From contig CM035355.1 of NCBI GenBank assembly GCA_020137815.1, positions 2,728,001-2,792,000 on the forward strand: a stretch of DNA of 64,000 nt, in the 5' to 3' direction. The DNA comes from Hormiphora californensis. Its lineage: Eukaryota > Animalia > Ctenophora. Every line of letters begins with the position of its first letter. Position 1 is the first letter of the stretch. The notes under the pieces were generated by a model. It saw only the letters and a list, made by a program, of their open reading frames with translations, did no database searches and was not told the DNA's origin. Position numbers and translations under genes: made by a program. Positions 34,936-48,030 of the stretch are shown one piece after another.

Positions 34936-36244
34936 GGCTTACAGCTATCACGCAACAGAACTATATTATAGATCTGGCTGGCGACACACACAGCATGTTA
35001 CAGAACCAAACAACTAGATTAGCAGACCTCCAATTCCCCTAATTACTGTCATGACATTATGTCAACATGTAATCAGACATAATGCCTCCTGACAGGGAAA
35101 CATGAACTCTGAGGGTATGTTACATCACTGGAACAAGAATTAGACACAAATGAACTGATGTTTCTGTAGCATGCAGAGCCTGGTTCGATAAAGGGAAATA
35201 TCCAGGAATTAGCCCAGAATGTAGGCTGGCCTTCACATGTTTCCTGCGCAGTATTCGGCCCTGTGCGGTGTGAACGAAAGACAGCCTCCATGGCAAAGGC
35301 AGCTGCCTTTGAAGTGTGTGGATAGTGAAGACACATTGTCTAGTGACTCAAGCCTGTACCCAAGACAAAAAAGTAATTAGAAATTGTCCTCTAGTAGTTA
35401 TACTCGTGCCAGGGGCTCTGAGCATAGTAGTGTCCCAGACATTCAAATTATATTACGGATTCACAGCTTGGCAACTCATCGTCTAGCATTGGCATTCTAT
35501 CCCCATGGAACTTGTGCGAGCGATGCGAATCGGAGACCATAAAAAACAAAAACTAGGTTATAACCCATAAATTTCAAAGGCGCATCTATAGATAAACCAG
35601 TTAACGACACACAATAATACAGAGTCTACTGACGCGTAATGCCAGTTAGAACGGGATAGATGTAACTGGAAAAGGAAAAAAGAGATAGTTGGATAAAGAA
35701 AAAAAAGAGAGGAGGGTGTCCACTGTCTGTGCGTGCGTAGTAATGAGATTACCGCTTTAGGCTCCCAATGTGTAAGTATATTTTAAGCAAAATTGTTTCT
35801 AATGTTGGCACCGCACGGCTCTAACACAAAACACCCGGCTCTTGTTTTCTCTGTATTTCACTAACCAAAGCTGAAGAGTTTTCAGCTTGGTTAGAAAAAC
35901 AGAAGCCATATGGGAGGGAAAGATCGTTTTTTAGACTGCATGGTACAAGGGGTACACTAGTGGAAGATTAATGAACTACTAGTGTAGAACAAGTGGGGAA
36001 CAGAGGCTAGGAGACGTGTTAGAAAGTAAAAGTGTAGAAAATAAAGAAGCAAGAGGGGAGGAGAAGATGTGTAGAAAGTAGCAAGAGGCCGGGACTGTAA
36101 CTTCGTGCTGTTAATATTACTAGCTCTATCTGATTGATCATGCAATTCACGTAAACATTCTTAATGGTGGCCGCACTTTTGTACCTTCTCTCTCCATCTC
36201 TCTCCATCTCTCTCAATCTCTCTCGCTCTATCTCTCTCTCTCTC

Positions 36245-36278
<34 letters not shown>

Positions 36279-36430
36279 ACCCTCTCTCTCTCCCTCTCCC
36301 TTTCTCTCTGCAACACAAGACTCCTGAAGGAACCTAGTGACAAGTACAGCTTGCGAGAATTTAACCGCAGACAAATAACTAATAAATTAGCGAATTATTA
36401 AACCATCCTTAAAATTAATATCACAACTAT

Positions 36431-37523
36431 AACAAGTAAATAGTTATCACTGCGCTGGCAAGCGCAAAGGTTGCCATTCCCCCTCCCCCCAAAGCGCTGC
36501 CAGAAACGCAGTTATACATTTTATGGGTGTTTTGGCTGAAAACCAAGATTTCAGAAGGCTATAGCGTGGCCCCCTTTCATCCGTTTGACTTGAAATTTGG
36601 AATGTATACTCGGCTTGGAGTCATTGACTCAAGTTTAAAATTTCAAGTCTCTATCTCATCTGGAACCGAAGTTACAGACAGGTCCCATTTGCCGAAGATT
36701 CAGTGTAACGGACGCGCGCGCGCGCGCGTAGGAGAGACGCTTTTTTTGAACACGATTCTGAATAAACGGAAAGAGATAGAGACTTCTCGTTTTCACTAGC
36801 TTGTAAATCTACTCGATTATTGTGTTATTAGCGGGGTGAGGTTTTCCATCACCCCCAGGAACGTCCTACAGAATGTCTTAAGATCGTCACTTTTCATAAC
36901 TTCTTTGAGCTCAATTTACACCCAGAAGATGGATTCTAATCGAAAAACGAAGACTATATCATGGAAAGAGAATTGTCTGAACTTTCAGAAACTATATTGC
37001 GAATTTTCAAAACTAGACGTATAAGGGTCTTAAAACGCGTCTAAAGTGTTATGACTGTTTAAAAATAGATATGACGATATGGGTTTTTTCGCCATAGCGG
37101 ACTCAAATCTCATCCAATCGATCTCAAACTTGGTCAGTATTTTCAACTAGGTAATCCCGATGATATTACGTCATCATTATGACGTCATAACGTCGTGACG
37201 TCATTTTATGACGTCAAAATGACGTCAAAAATGAAAATTTTGCAATTTCGCGATTCCATCCTCTCCGTACCTGTTCTACTACATGTAAATGGATAAAAAA
37301 TCCCAAAAATGATGCAAATTATACCAAAACTAATTGAAATTAGTAGGCCGGAAAGGTTGCCCTATGATTTGAGCTACCTTTGGCACCAGTACATTCCCTT
37401 TTGAAGATAGAAGAAGCATCTGTTATACCCTGTCTGTACCCCGTGAATGTTATGGTGGCAAAGGTAGCTCAAATCATAGGGCAACCTTTCCGGCCTACTA
37501 ATTTCAATTAGTTTTGGTATAAT
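36431..37523 (-). mobile_element. Helentron-like non-autonomous element ending in a ~205-bp palindrome (37318-37523, ~70-bp arms)
   Basis: AACAAG end, hairpin TGCGCT-GGCA-AGCGCA, sub-TIR AAAGGTTGCC matched by GGCAACCTTT at ~37481. Confidence 0.55.
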
Positions 37524-39443
37524 CATTAATATATTAATTGTGATGTATCACAACTACAATCAGATGACAGAATGAGGAACTCTGAGAGGGCATTACATAT
37601 CAGGTAACAAGACACCGAGAGTGTGTGGGGACCACTAATACGGCTTCCTATAGGAGAGAGAAAAATAGACAGAGGAAGAGAGGGAGGAACTGTCATGATT
37701 GCATGTCAGTAATAATCTTGCATATGATCGGTGCGATTACGATTGTCTCCTCTCTCTCGCTTCACTCTCGCTCTCTCCTCTCTCTCTATTTTTCTCTCTC
37801 CCTCTTCTATATTCCTCTCTCAAGCTCACTCCCTCCCCCACTTGCAGAAGGGCGTCAATTCTTCCTGGACAAGACTGTGCATTGGAACAAACAGAGCAAG
37901 TTAGTAGGATTCTGGAGGTGCAAAAGGGGAAAAATGTAGAGAAAGAGAAGGAGATGAGGGGGGAAAAAAGAGGAGAGAGAGAGAAAAAGGAAAAGGAGAG
38001 AGAGGAGGGGGGGGAGGAGAGGGGAGGAAAACGGGGAAAAGGAGAGAGGAGAGGAGAAGGGGAAAGAAGCGTGGTTGTATCATGCATGAAAGATGCGGGA
38101 TCAATAGAAAAAACCAATCCCACAACCAAACATTAAAAATTCACAGGCAAAAAAATTTTTTTGTAAATAAAACCGGGAATTAAATTATTTTGTCTAATCA
38201 AAAAATTAGAAAAATCGAAACAATTTGGGTTGTACCACGACACGGCTACTCTCAGGGCTTGTTTAGAGAACGGAAATGCGCAGGGCAATTAATTTTATCC
38301 CTTGACAATTTAGGAATGTGGGTTTATAGGGAAATTTCCTGCCTTTGGAAGGTATACTTTTAGATAAAATTCTTGTTTGGGGGAGTAAAAATCGTCAAGT
38401 TAGGGAGGCCGAAAGGATTAGTTACTCTCTGGGGTCCCAAGAGGAGACGAGAGGGGAAAAAAACAAATATTGGGTTTGAACGATCCTATCAAGAGAGATT
38501 TTATTAACATCTCGGGGCTCCTACCGTGGGCGCTATTAATGACAGAAAAATTTATCACCGCCCCCCTTTTTTCTCTTTCTTGCCCTCTTTCTCTCACCTG
38601 ATAAATTAGGGTTTTCCCCCTAGAAGATAGACGACCCGGGAAAAAACAAAAAAAAGGCAGAGAGAAAAAATAAACTGTTTGAGAACAAACACTGCCCGGT
38701 CAATTTTATCAAATTGGTGGTTTGAATTTCAGGGGAAAGACCCCAAAAATTAAAGATTGAGAAATCACGAAACCCCGTGAGAGGATTGGATTGGGCCAGG
38801 TTTTTTGGGGTGGGCCCCCTTGCGAAAAGGAAAAAGGAAAAGGAAACAAACCGCTGTGTATCAGATAGCCAGAAAGGAGTGAATCTAAAGCTCTCTTAGA
38901 ACGATCTCCAATACTCTGAGTATTGGAGATTGTTCGATTTGTATAGTCTAGTAGAGGATCGAGTTGTACAAGAGGACAATGATATTGTAGGAGTACACTG
39001 CCTTGCTCCAGTCTCACCACACCCCGATTTTGAAAAGGGTTTGAACAAAACAAGGACATTGGAAGGTAACATCAGACCATTATCACTACTAAAAGGAGAC
39101 AAATAAGGGCCCCCCAAATAATGATCATGGAGACAACAACAAGTGTTGTGGGGAGCATGAGAAGACACACTGGATAATCTGTAACAAGCTACTCCTCCTC
39201 GTCTCTCTCTTTCTCTCTTTCTCTCTTTCTCTCCCTCTCTCTTTCTCTCTTCTGTCACCATGGCAACTGATTAGCTTTTAAAGGAGTTGTAAAGGAGCAG
39301 AATGCCCCCTGTGCCCCCTATAGGACGCCAAACCACCGCCAGAGAGAACTAAGTACCCGACAAATCGAGAAAAGGGAGCATCATTTTTAAACGAAGAGTT
39401 ACACATGTAGATTCTCAAACGAGATTGAGAGGCATTAGTGTGT

Positions 39444-39548
<105 letters not shown>

Positions 39549-40426
39549 CGAGAGCGACATATATGAATGTGCGAGACATTGCCTGGAGGAGAAACAATTG
39601 GGTGTTCATCTTATTAGGAAGGAAGAGGTGTATGCATAATGGTACCCCCCCCCCCAAAATACACTATACTACAGTAGTAGCTAGCCGGAGAGAGAGGGGA
39701 CGGCATGTGTATATCACTGATTAATCTTGGGAAATCAGAAATAAGGGGGGCTACCTTTTACCTAATATGGCTAAGGGCCAGGGGGAATCATGTCTTTAAA
39801 CTTACTTTTCGGCTACTTTCGGCTACTTTTGGTGACCTCACACATCCGGGTATCGCTTATTGTTCTTGTAGTTCCCAAACAACGAACTAAAATAAGGAAA
39901 AGGTTGATTAGCACTTTTATTCCATATTGTATGACAGTATTATACAAACTCTATTCAGACTGTTCCAGGTGCTGGGGGGTGCTGGTAGGTTATCATCTTG
40001 GTACTCTCTCCGTCTTGATTTGTGTTATGTTCTAACCCTCCTTTACACGGAAAGAGCGTCGAGCTAGGCAACTTTATTCCTGTATACTTCTGAAACACTT
40101 TTTTAAACCTCATCTGCTCACAAAATAAGAAATAAGAGATGAGAAATTCAGAATTTTAGAGAGTACAAAATAGAAGGGTTCAGAAAACATGAATAGTCGT
40201 ATATACTGGGTGGTAAAAAGTTGTGTGTCATCGTATATAAATAATTGGCTCTCAAAACGTTAACACAGCTCCAGAACATCTTCTCTCTTTCTCTCTCTCT
40301 CACTCTCTCTTTCTTCCTCTCTCTTCCTCGCTCTCTTTTAAAAACAGCACAGTTTTTACCAGCGTCCATCTCTGACCCCAATGTCCATCATTTCCCAAAA
40401 CACTTTTATTTTCAGCTCTCACTCTC

Positions 40427-42421
40427 TCAGGGGGAGAAACTTCGTGATTTATGCCGTGGAGAGCGAGATCTACTTCGCGAGGTTGAACGGGACGAGGATG
40501 AAGATGAAGAAGATGAGCTGGAGGAGCTGCTGGAATGGCGGCGCCTGGAGGAAGGGAAGGGGGTATCAGGGGAAGTGGCTAGGTATCTCTCACCATGGTG
40601 GGATCGAGAGAGAGAGAGGCTTAGCGGTACAAAAACAGCGGGCCCAGGTTGGATCACTGCAAAAACAACTCTTATTTTATAGGGAGGCATGCTTTGGAAG
40701 ATTGGGGGAGAGAGAGCAACATTAAATACAGAACCATGGTGGGGGGATGAGAAACCACTTCGATCCTGAAACGTCCCGGACATAGCACGGAGTGGGATTA
40801 AAGGGAAAACTAGAGGAGGAGAGGAGGAGGGATAGAGACGTAAAGACTAGAGAGATTTAGAGAGATGGAGGGATGAGAAAAACAGGAGGATCAAGAGGAA
40901 AATATCTACACCACGGTATTTAAATGGGAACAAGGGGGTATGTTATATATATATATAGAAGGGGGTGGTGGGGGTATAGTACACTTACATATAGTAGTTA
41001 GCTTTAATTTGTGTCACCTGAAGAGCGAGAATCATAACACGCGAATTGGGGGCCGCTCTCAAAAAAACAATGCTCCATCATACAAATGATATGTATATGG
41101 GTACTCCCTCTAAGAGGCAGGAACCGACCGAAACAAGTAAACAACCAATCAGAACTCGTTATTAGGTCACGTGACTGGTTATTAGCCAATCAGGGACCAG
41201 TATTTCCTGATTCGGTCGGTTCCTGCTAGGAGGGCTACTCTTTAGAAGCTTAGTAACACGCTTGGTTCAGATTTTAAAGCTGTACTGACGGTGTGTGCTA
41301 GGAAGCCACTGACAAATGCAAACAAGAATTCAATTAGCGTACCCTCCCAATTCTCACCTCTCTCGAGATCGGCGTCTGGGAGAACGGGATGATCTCCTAT
41401 TATTTCGGTCCCGAGACCTAGACCGCCTGTCCCTAGATCGGGATCTCCTGTTATCACGGGACCTGGAGCGACGGTACCGAGGTGAGCGAGACCGACGGGA
41501 GGAGGATCTGTATCGATCCTGACTGCGGCTCCGGGACCTTTGCCTTCTGTACGTCGCACTGGGAGGGGAATTAGAGTTAAAAAGAGACCGATCAAAAGCA
41601 ATTATTTAAACTAGTTTTTAAGTAATTGTCTAAACTAGATTTGATGTAAGATGTATTACTAACTTGTAACTGTAATCACGACCCCTTGATCGGTTATTGT
41701 AACTGGGTGCCCTATTATTGTAACTTCCCGATCGGTTATTATAGGAGTTGTGATAGGGTGCAGACTTAGAGGATTGGAAGGCATCTCTGTCTACTGTCAC
41801 CTCCTCTTGGGCACTTTTATCATCGACTTGTTGCTGTGAGGAATATGGGGTTTAGTTAGAAAGAGGCCTCTGGAGGGGAAAATGAAGAAGGGAGAAAGTA
41901 CCAAGAAACACACATTTATGATAAGGATAACTAACTTACTGCTACACGTTCAGTCTTACTATTGGTACTATACTACGACTAACCTGCAACAAGTTGCGTT
42001 TCTCTCGTATCTGTATAAAGCCCATGTGTAGTTTTCCTCCAAAGTGATCGGCCAACCTGTGTGAGTGAGAGAGTTGTAAACATTGCTGAATCTTGGGAAT
42101 ATATTTGTTAAATACGAACTAACGAACACACACACTCACTATCACACACATCACACACAATCGGTGATTGATCATCACACATCACACACACACGGACTAA
42201 CGCACGTACACTTGAGCGGTCTTCTGTGACTTGCTAAGGGCAACCACTGCCTTGGCAACCGTCTCACAGTGTTCCTCTAGATTCGCTTGACTCACATCAG
42301 CTCCCAAGCCAGTGTTAGTTCGGGGAAATCCAATACTGCAGAAGGGGTGGAGGGTGTGTGTGTAGAGAGAGAGAGCGGGCCCTGACCTACACCAACATAC
42401 ACACACACACACACTCACTCA

Positions 42422-42488
<67 letters not shown>

Positions 42489-44347
42489 ACACACAAGCCC
42501 ACCTTCGGTCATTGTCGTATAGGCAGAGATAGGCAGCACACACCTCGCACACTCTCAGTTTCTGTTGCTGTAGTTGAGGTTGGGGCAAGTTGTTCCGGTA
42601 CTCCTCCTAGAAACGACAAGAGTGGGTGTTAGCAGGGGGAGGGGGTGAAGTGGAATATTGACAAGCTGCCAAAAAGTAACAACCAAGTGGGTGGGTGGGT
42701 GGATTATGAGTGCGTGCGCGTTGTGCGCGGTCTTTGTGCTTTTATCTCTGCTCAGGGTGAACCTTGCTAGTCGCGTTGGCGCAATTAGCAGTGTTGCTCC
42801 ACTTTGCATCAATATGAGAGTTAATGAGATGTCCCTCCAATTGTAATGATAATGAGGTTGTGGTGTGAGGTAACAGTGAGGTGTGAGGTTGTTTGAGGTG
42901 AGGGGGGTACGACACAACTTACGGTTACGTTTTTTGTTACACATCAATACCCAAGAGTGGTGATAGGACCTAAAGTTACGTGGCATAAGTGTCGGCTTGT
43001 TGCAGTAGATAGTCACATGCACACTCGCAGATAGAGAGAGAAAGAGATCAGGGATATGAATGGGAGAACTTACCTCTGCTTGCCGTTTTTCAGATTTTAG
43101 AGTTTCGATCTCCGAGAGCAAGGCTACACTCTCATCCACATTACCTTCATTACCTGGGGGGGGGGGTTAGAGGGTGATGGAAGGAAGGAAGGAAGGAAGG
43201 AAGGAAGGAAGGAAGGAAGGAAGGAAGGAAGGAAGGAAGGAAGGAAGGAAGGAAGGAAGGAAGGAAGGAAGGAAGGAAGGAAGGAAGGAAGGAAGGAAGG
43301 AAGGAAGGAAGGAAGGAAGGAAGGAAGGAAGGAAGGAAGGAAGGAAGGAAGGAAGGAAGGAAGGAAGGAAGGAAGGAAGGAAGGAAGGAAGGAAGGAAGG
43401 AAGGAAGGCTGAACTAACCTAACTGCTCCGCTTTAGCAAGTTTTTGTCCTATTTGTTCTGCGATATCGTGAACCTTTGTAGCCCGAGATTCACTCTCTGG
43501 ATCTAGTTCCTGATCCTCTAATCTCTTCTTGGCCGCCTCAACCTTTCTATCGCACGTCCTTAGAAACTCTTCCAGCACAGACAGAGCCTAGCAAGTGTTA
43601 CAGTAGTGTGTTATAGTTGCAATTATTACACATTTGTGGGTTCATTAGATGTGTGTGTAGTTTCTTACTTGGGTCGCCTGACACTGTGTTCGTTTCTTAC
43701 CTCCTTCTCGAATCCATAGTTTTTCTTTTTGTTTGCTTCCTCAAAGTCAGCTCGTAGTGCCTCTGAGTGAACCTTGGGACACTCACCGAGATCCATTTTC
43801 TGGGGAGAAAATAAATAAGGGGAAGCCAATACTTAGTGATCTGGAAAACCTAACCCTCTCTTTATCTCCATTATATCTCCTAACTCCTTATCTATCTGTC
43901 TGTCTTTCTCCGTCTCTCTTTTCCCTATGTCTCTCTCCATCTCCCTATCCATCTCTATTTCTCTCTCCAGCTCCCCCTCCCCTCTTTACCGTGTTGGTGA
44001 AGAGAGTGTGAGGACAGAGACCCGTCATGAAGGCTCTACAAACAGTTGGGTCTGTGAAATGGGTTCCATTGCCATCTGGAGCACCTGCAAAGAGAACACA
44101 ATGTCACGTGACATTATGTGACGTCACACCGTGTACACAGTACAGTCACAGTAACTTGTCTACTGAGAGTGAGTAGATGATAAGATAAGACTACTGAAAT
44201 ACAAAACACCAATACCAATATAAATAAGACAGTACTATTAAGACAGAACTACTTATTATTTCTGGCATTTAAATCTCAATACGTACCATCTCGACCAGAC
44301 CCCATTAGTTGATCCAACATTTTCCTCATCTGCTCCTGAGCCGACAT
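40427..44347 (-). CDS. LUC7L: LUC7-like U1 snRNP-associated splicing factor; exons 44347-44287, 44084-43990, 43799-43701, 43587-43419, 43153-43074, 42606-42503, 42056-41984, 41833-41766, 41558-41358, 40544-40427
   Basis: MSAQEQMRKMLDQLMG, ZnF1 VCRAFMTGLCPH..TKMDLGECPKVH, ZnF2 QKLRVCEVCAAYL..DNDRRLADHFGGKLHMG, RS-rich tail. LUC7L/LUC7L2 type. The last exons are less certain. Confidence 0.95.
41118..41225. mobile_element. 108-bp hAT-type MITE
   Basis: TIR CAGGAACCGACCGAA / TTCGGTCGGTTCCTG. 8-bp TSD CTAAGAGG / CTAGGAGG with one mismatch. Confidence 0.8.
43179..43408. repeat. (GGAA)n microsatellite filling LUC7L intron 4
   Basis: Direct inspection. Confidence 0.98.
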
Positions 44348-44911
44348 TATTCTGCCAAGCTATTGGGATTTGGATCAAAATCAAGGCACCAATCACACGA
44401 CAATAGGTTTAATAAAGTTACTCTAATAGGGGACAACAAAGTTACTATTAAGTATGCATTGGGTTATTCATGTGTAATTCTGAAGTTTTGGGCTAAAAAG
44501 TCAAGGTTTTGCTTATTATTTCGCACTACCACCCTTTGCTGCGCTCCACCTGGTTCTGCCGCCCCTAATGGAAGCAGTAAAGTGGTTCTTGAACAGTTAA
44601 GTGTCTCCCTTGACCCTTCCTAAGTTGCAGACCCCTGAACTAGCTCAAGTATTATTAATTGAAAAACTGACGAGCAAAAGTTCGAAGTTGTGTAAAACTT
44701 TAAACAAGCACGGAGCACCTGAATCTCATTTAGGGCCGAGGGCGACTCAGGGAATGGATTTGGAAAAATGTTTCAAACTGTTCCAAGTAAAGTGAACACG
44801 GCAAAGAACCTTGTCAGATCGGCGCCTTTAGACCAGATCAACCTCGGCCTCTCTTGGATATAAGTTTAACGCTGTAGAAAGTTTGTGACTCTAGCGCAGG
44901 CTGTTCTCCTA

Positions 44912-46072
44912 AGGTCAGATTTTGTGAAGTTGTCAACCCCCCCCTGAGTGGTGCAAGAGTTTTTTTGGCGCGTCGGAAACGTGTTTTGGCTCTCACAGTT
45001 CACACCTTTGTTTCTTGACCAATTTCGTCAAACAAAACTTTTACGGACTCACAAAATTATGCTCTTTCCGACAATATGCGGCTTTTTACCGAAAAGTGAG
45101 AGCAAGTGGGGGCTGTCACGTGCAAATACGACACCGCGCGTGAAAAGGGGGGATGACAACTTCAAAAAATCCGACTTTATTTTGTACTCTAAAGAGTGGT
45201 TTATTCAAATGAATAAAAACATGCTCCTGTATTATCTGCCTCAAAACCACATTTTGGAGTACTTCCACAGGTTTCCAAGGGCGAGGAAATATTGACTATT
45301 GGGCATGACACGAAGAAAAAACGTACGCTACTTCCAAGGGTGCTCCCCACGACGGTTGACTGTCTAATTAAAGTCGGAGTTTTTGAAACTGTTGCACCCC
45401 TTAACCCTTATCACGCGCAGCGTCGTATTTACGCGTGACAGCCCCCACTTGCTCTCTCTTTTCGGCAAAAAACTGCATATCATCGGAAAGAGCATAATTT
45501 TGTGAGTCCGTAAAACTTTGGTTTGACGAAATTGGTCAAGAATCAAAGGCGTGAGAGCGAAAACAAGTTTCCGACGCGCAAATAAAAACTCGTGCGCCAC
45601 CCAGGGGGGCGACAGTTTCAAAAAATCCGACTTTACGGTCACAATCACAAGCTTCAAAATCAGGAACCACCATTGGCAAACGCTGCTGGCCCCCGCACAG
45701 CGCGGGATAGGGCAGCGCTTTTCAAGAACTGGTGTTGAACTTTTCAACACTACTTTAAAGTCCATTTTTATTCAACTGTTCACCCCTCAACTCGTGCGCG
45801 TGCGATATTTTAATTTACGCTGCGCGCGCTACACGTTAACATGTGATAAACGCGCAAAACAATTCCGCGCACGACTTTGGGGGGTGAACAGTTGAAAAAA
45901 AAATGGAGTTTAAACAAATTAAAGTCCATTTTTATTCAACTGTTCACCCCTCAACTCGTGTGCGTGCGATATTTTAATTTACGCTGCGCGCGCTACACGT
46001 TAACATGTGATAAACGCGCAAAACAATTCCGCGCACGACTTTGGGGGTGAATAGTTGAAAAAAAATGGACAT
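44912..46072. mobile_element. Cluster of four TA-flanked MITEs: 44912-45177 and 45371-45633 (opposite orientation); 45758-45910 and 45922-46072 (tandem, AAGTCC-TIR subfamily)
   Basis: Shared TIRs AAGTCGGA..CACCCC and AAGTCCATTTTT..TTCACCCC, with internal similarity within each pair. Confidence 0.8.
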
Positions 46073-47120
46073 TAATTTGAGCTGAAGAAGGGGCACAACC
46101 CCGAAACGTTCCAACCAACCACCGTGTTTTGACTTCGTATGACCTCCCACGCCCCGGACGTGTCCCCCCACACACCAATTTATCACCCCGTCCGCCTTTT
46201 CAACAACTTGAACTTTTCAAGAACCACCAGAAAGTTTAAAAAAAAGAAAAACAAAACAATAAATCAATTCATCCTCGGATCAATTCATCCTCGGATCCTC
46301 AAGTTCTTCTCATTCCTCTCTTCCTCAGGTCACCAGTTCAGTATTTGTTAGACTAGTGATAGCAATCTTCCTAAGAAACAACAAAAAAGTTTACGAAAAC
46401 AAAAAGCTAAAAAAAAAATACGAGATCCGATCCAGTCGACCGCGACGCGCGGCTCCCTCTTTGCAGCGTTTGCAGCAAACTTTTTCGCCGCAGCGCTCAA
46501 TTCAGGCAATAGTAGGGACCCTAATCTTATCCAGTCACGAATTTTACCCCACTATTTTATCCTTGGAAATGGTTAAGAAACTCATTAGAAGTCATGTGAA
46601 TTACCAGAAATATACGCGTGACTGGGTAAATTGGTCACTAGGAGTCAATTAAGGTCTAATTGCCAGTCAAACGATATAAATGCCCCTTATTCCTGATTGA
46701 CACATCGGATTTTGGTCTAGTAAAAAGCACAGTGTTCCAAATCACTCTGCGAACAAGATTCAGTAAAAAAATTGGATGAAATAGGTTCGAAATTAGGTTT
46801 TTGGGACCTGGGCCAAATACCCGCCAAAACCAATAAATTGTCTACGTTTCAAATGCTGTCACCTTTTGACTTTCATCTGTACTTTTATACCGCGCGCACC
46901 AATAAGTACCGTGCGCGCCAAGCAGGACACCTTGTTCAAGGACAAAGGAAGGAGGTCTCATGGAAGCAGCTAAGAAATGCGCTGACAAGTGCCGTAACCA
47001 TGTTTATGAATTTCTTCCTCATTTTAAGACCATTTCCAAGTTCCAGTATTCCGTTATTAAACACAAAATGAAGCATGTTTGTATACAGAGAGGGAAAGAG
47101 TAAGGGGGGGGGGGGGGGGG

Positions 47121-47151
<31 letters not shown>

Positions 47152-47589
47152 GGATAATTACAAACATGTTTCAATGATTCAACCACACTGTTCTTTGTAA
47201 TTGTTTACTAATAATTTAAACTGACATGCATAATAAAATGGTACACAGTTCATTGTTCAAATAGACGAAAAATATCAACAATTAATAACATCCACACATT
47301 CATAATTATAAAACGGTCCGTTGTGATCAAACTGTTCACCCCACCCATGTTTTTATCTGGAACAAGATTTAATTTCCACATCACTTTGGCGGTATTATAT
47401 TTGTTCCTTGTCTATTTCGGGGTCAACATTTAGAATGAGTACGGAAAACAATGAAAGTTCAAATATTTCAAACACTTATTCAAGGGCTTCGCCAACACAG
47501 GAATAATCCCGATATGACAGGCGACACCCAGAGTCCTACACCACTGTATTACTCCACCCATAATCAAATAGCGTCCCTCAGGATGCGAC

Positions 47590-47945
47590 CTTCTCAACTC
47601 ACTCAAAGTCTTTAATGTTCTCTTTCTCTCAACCCTCTGCTCTAGAGTCCGATCAGGTTCCAGAAACAGGAGTAGGCCGTAGTAGTCTTGAGCTCCCTCG
47701 CCTTCCTCAGGAGAGAAATCAGAGTTTCCCTGGAGTTCAGAGAGACAACGACAGGTCTCACTTTTCCATCAGCAGCAGCAACCACTCTAGAACACTTGGA
47801 GATCACAGGCTTCTCGTTTAGAGAGTCCATAACTTCGAAAGGGATCTTTGAGAAGCAGGATACACCTCTCATTGCAGATATTTTACCCTTCCACCCAGGT
47901 ATTCCGGCCGTTCCAACTGAGCGCCGTTCTGTGACGAGTTTTCCT
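47590..47945 (-). pseudogene. Degenerate LINE ORF1 fragment
   Basis: KCSRV..GKVRPVVVSLNSRETLISLLRKARELK, then frameshifted FLEPDRTLEQR; resembles the RRM/C-terminal region of LINE ORF1s. Confidence 0.6.
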
Positions 47946-47968
47946 GAAAGAATACAGTGGTGAGGGAG

Positions 47969-48030
<62 letters not shown>

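Noticed and set aside
37900-39130. ORFs in a purine/homopolymer-rich stretch
   Set aside because: Run-inflated sequence typical of low-quality reads; no coherent coding signal.
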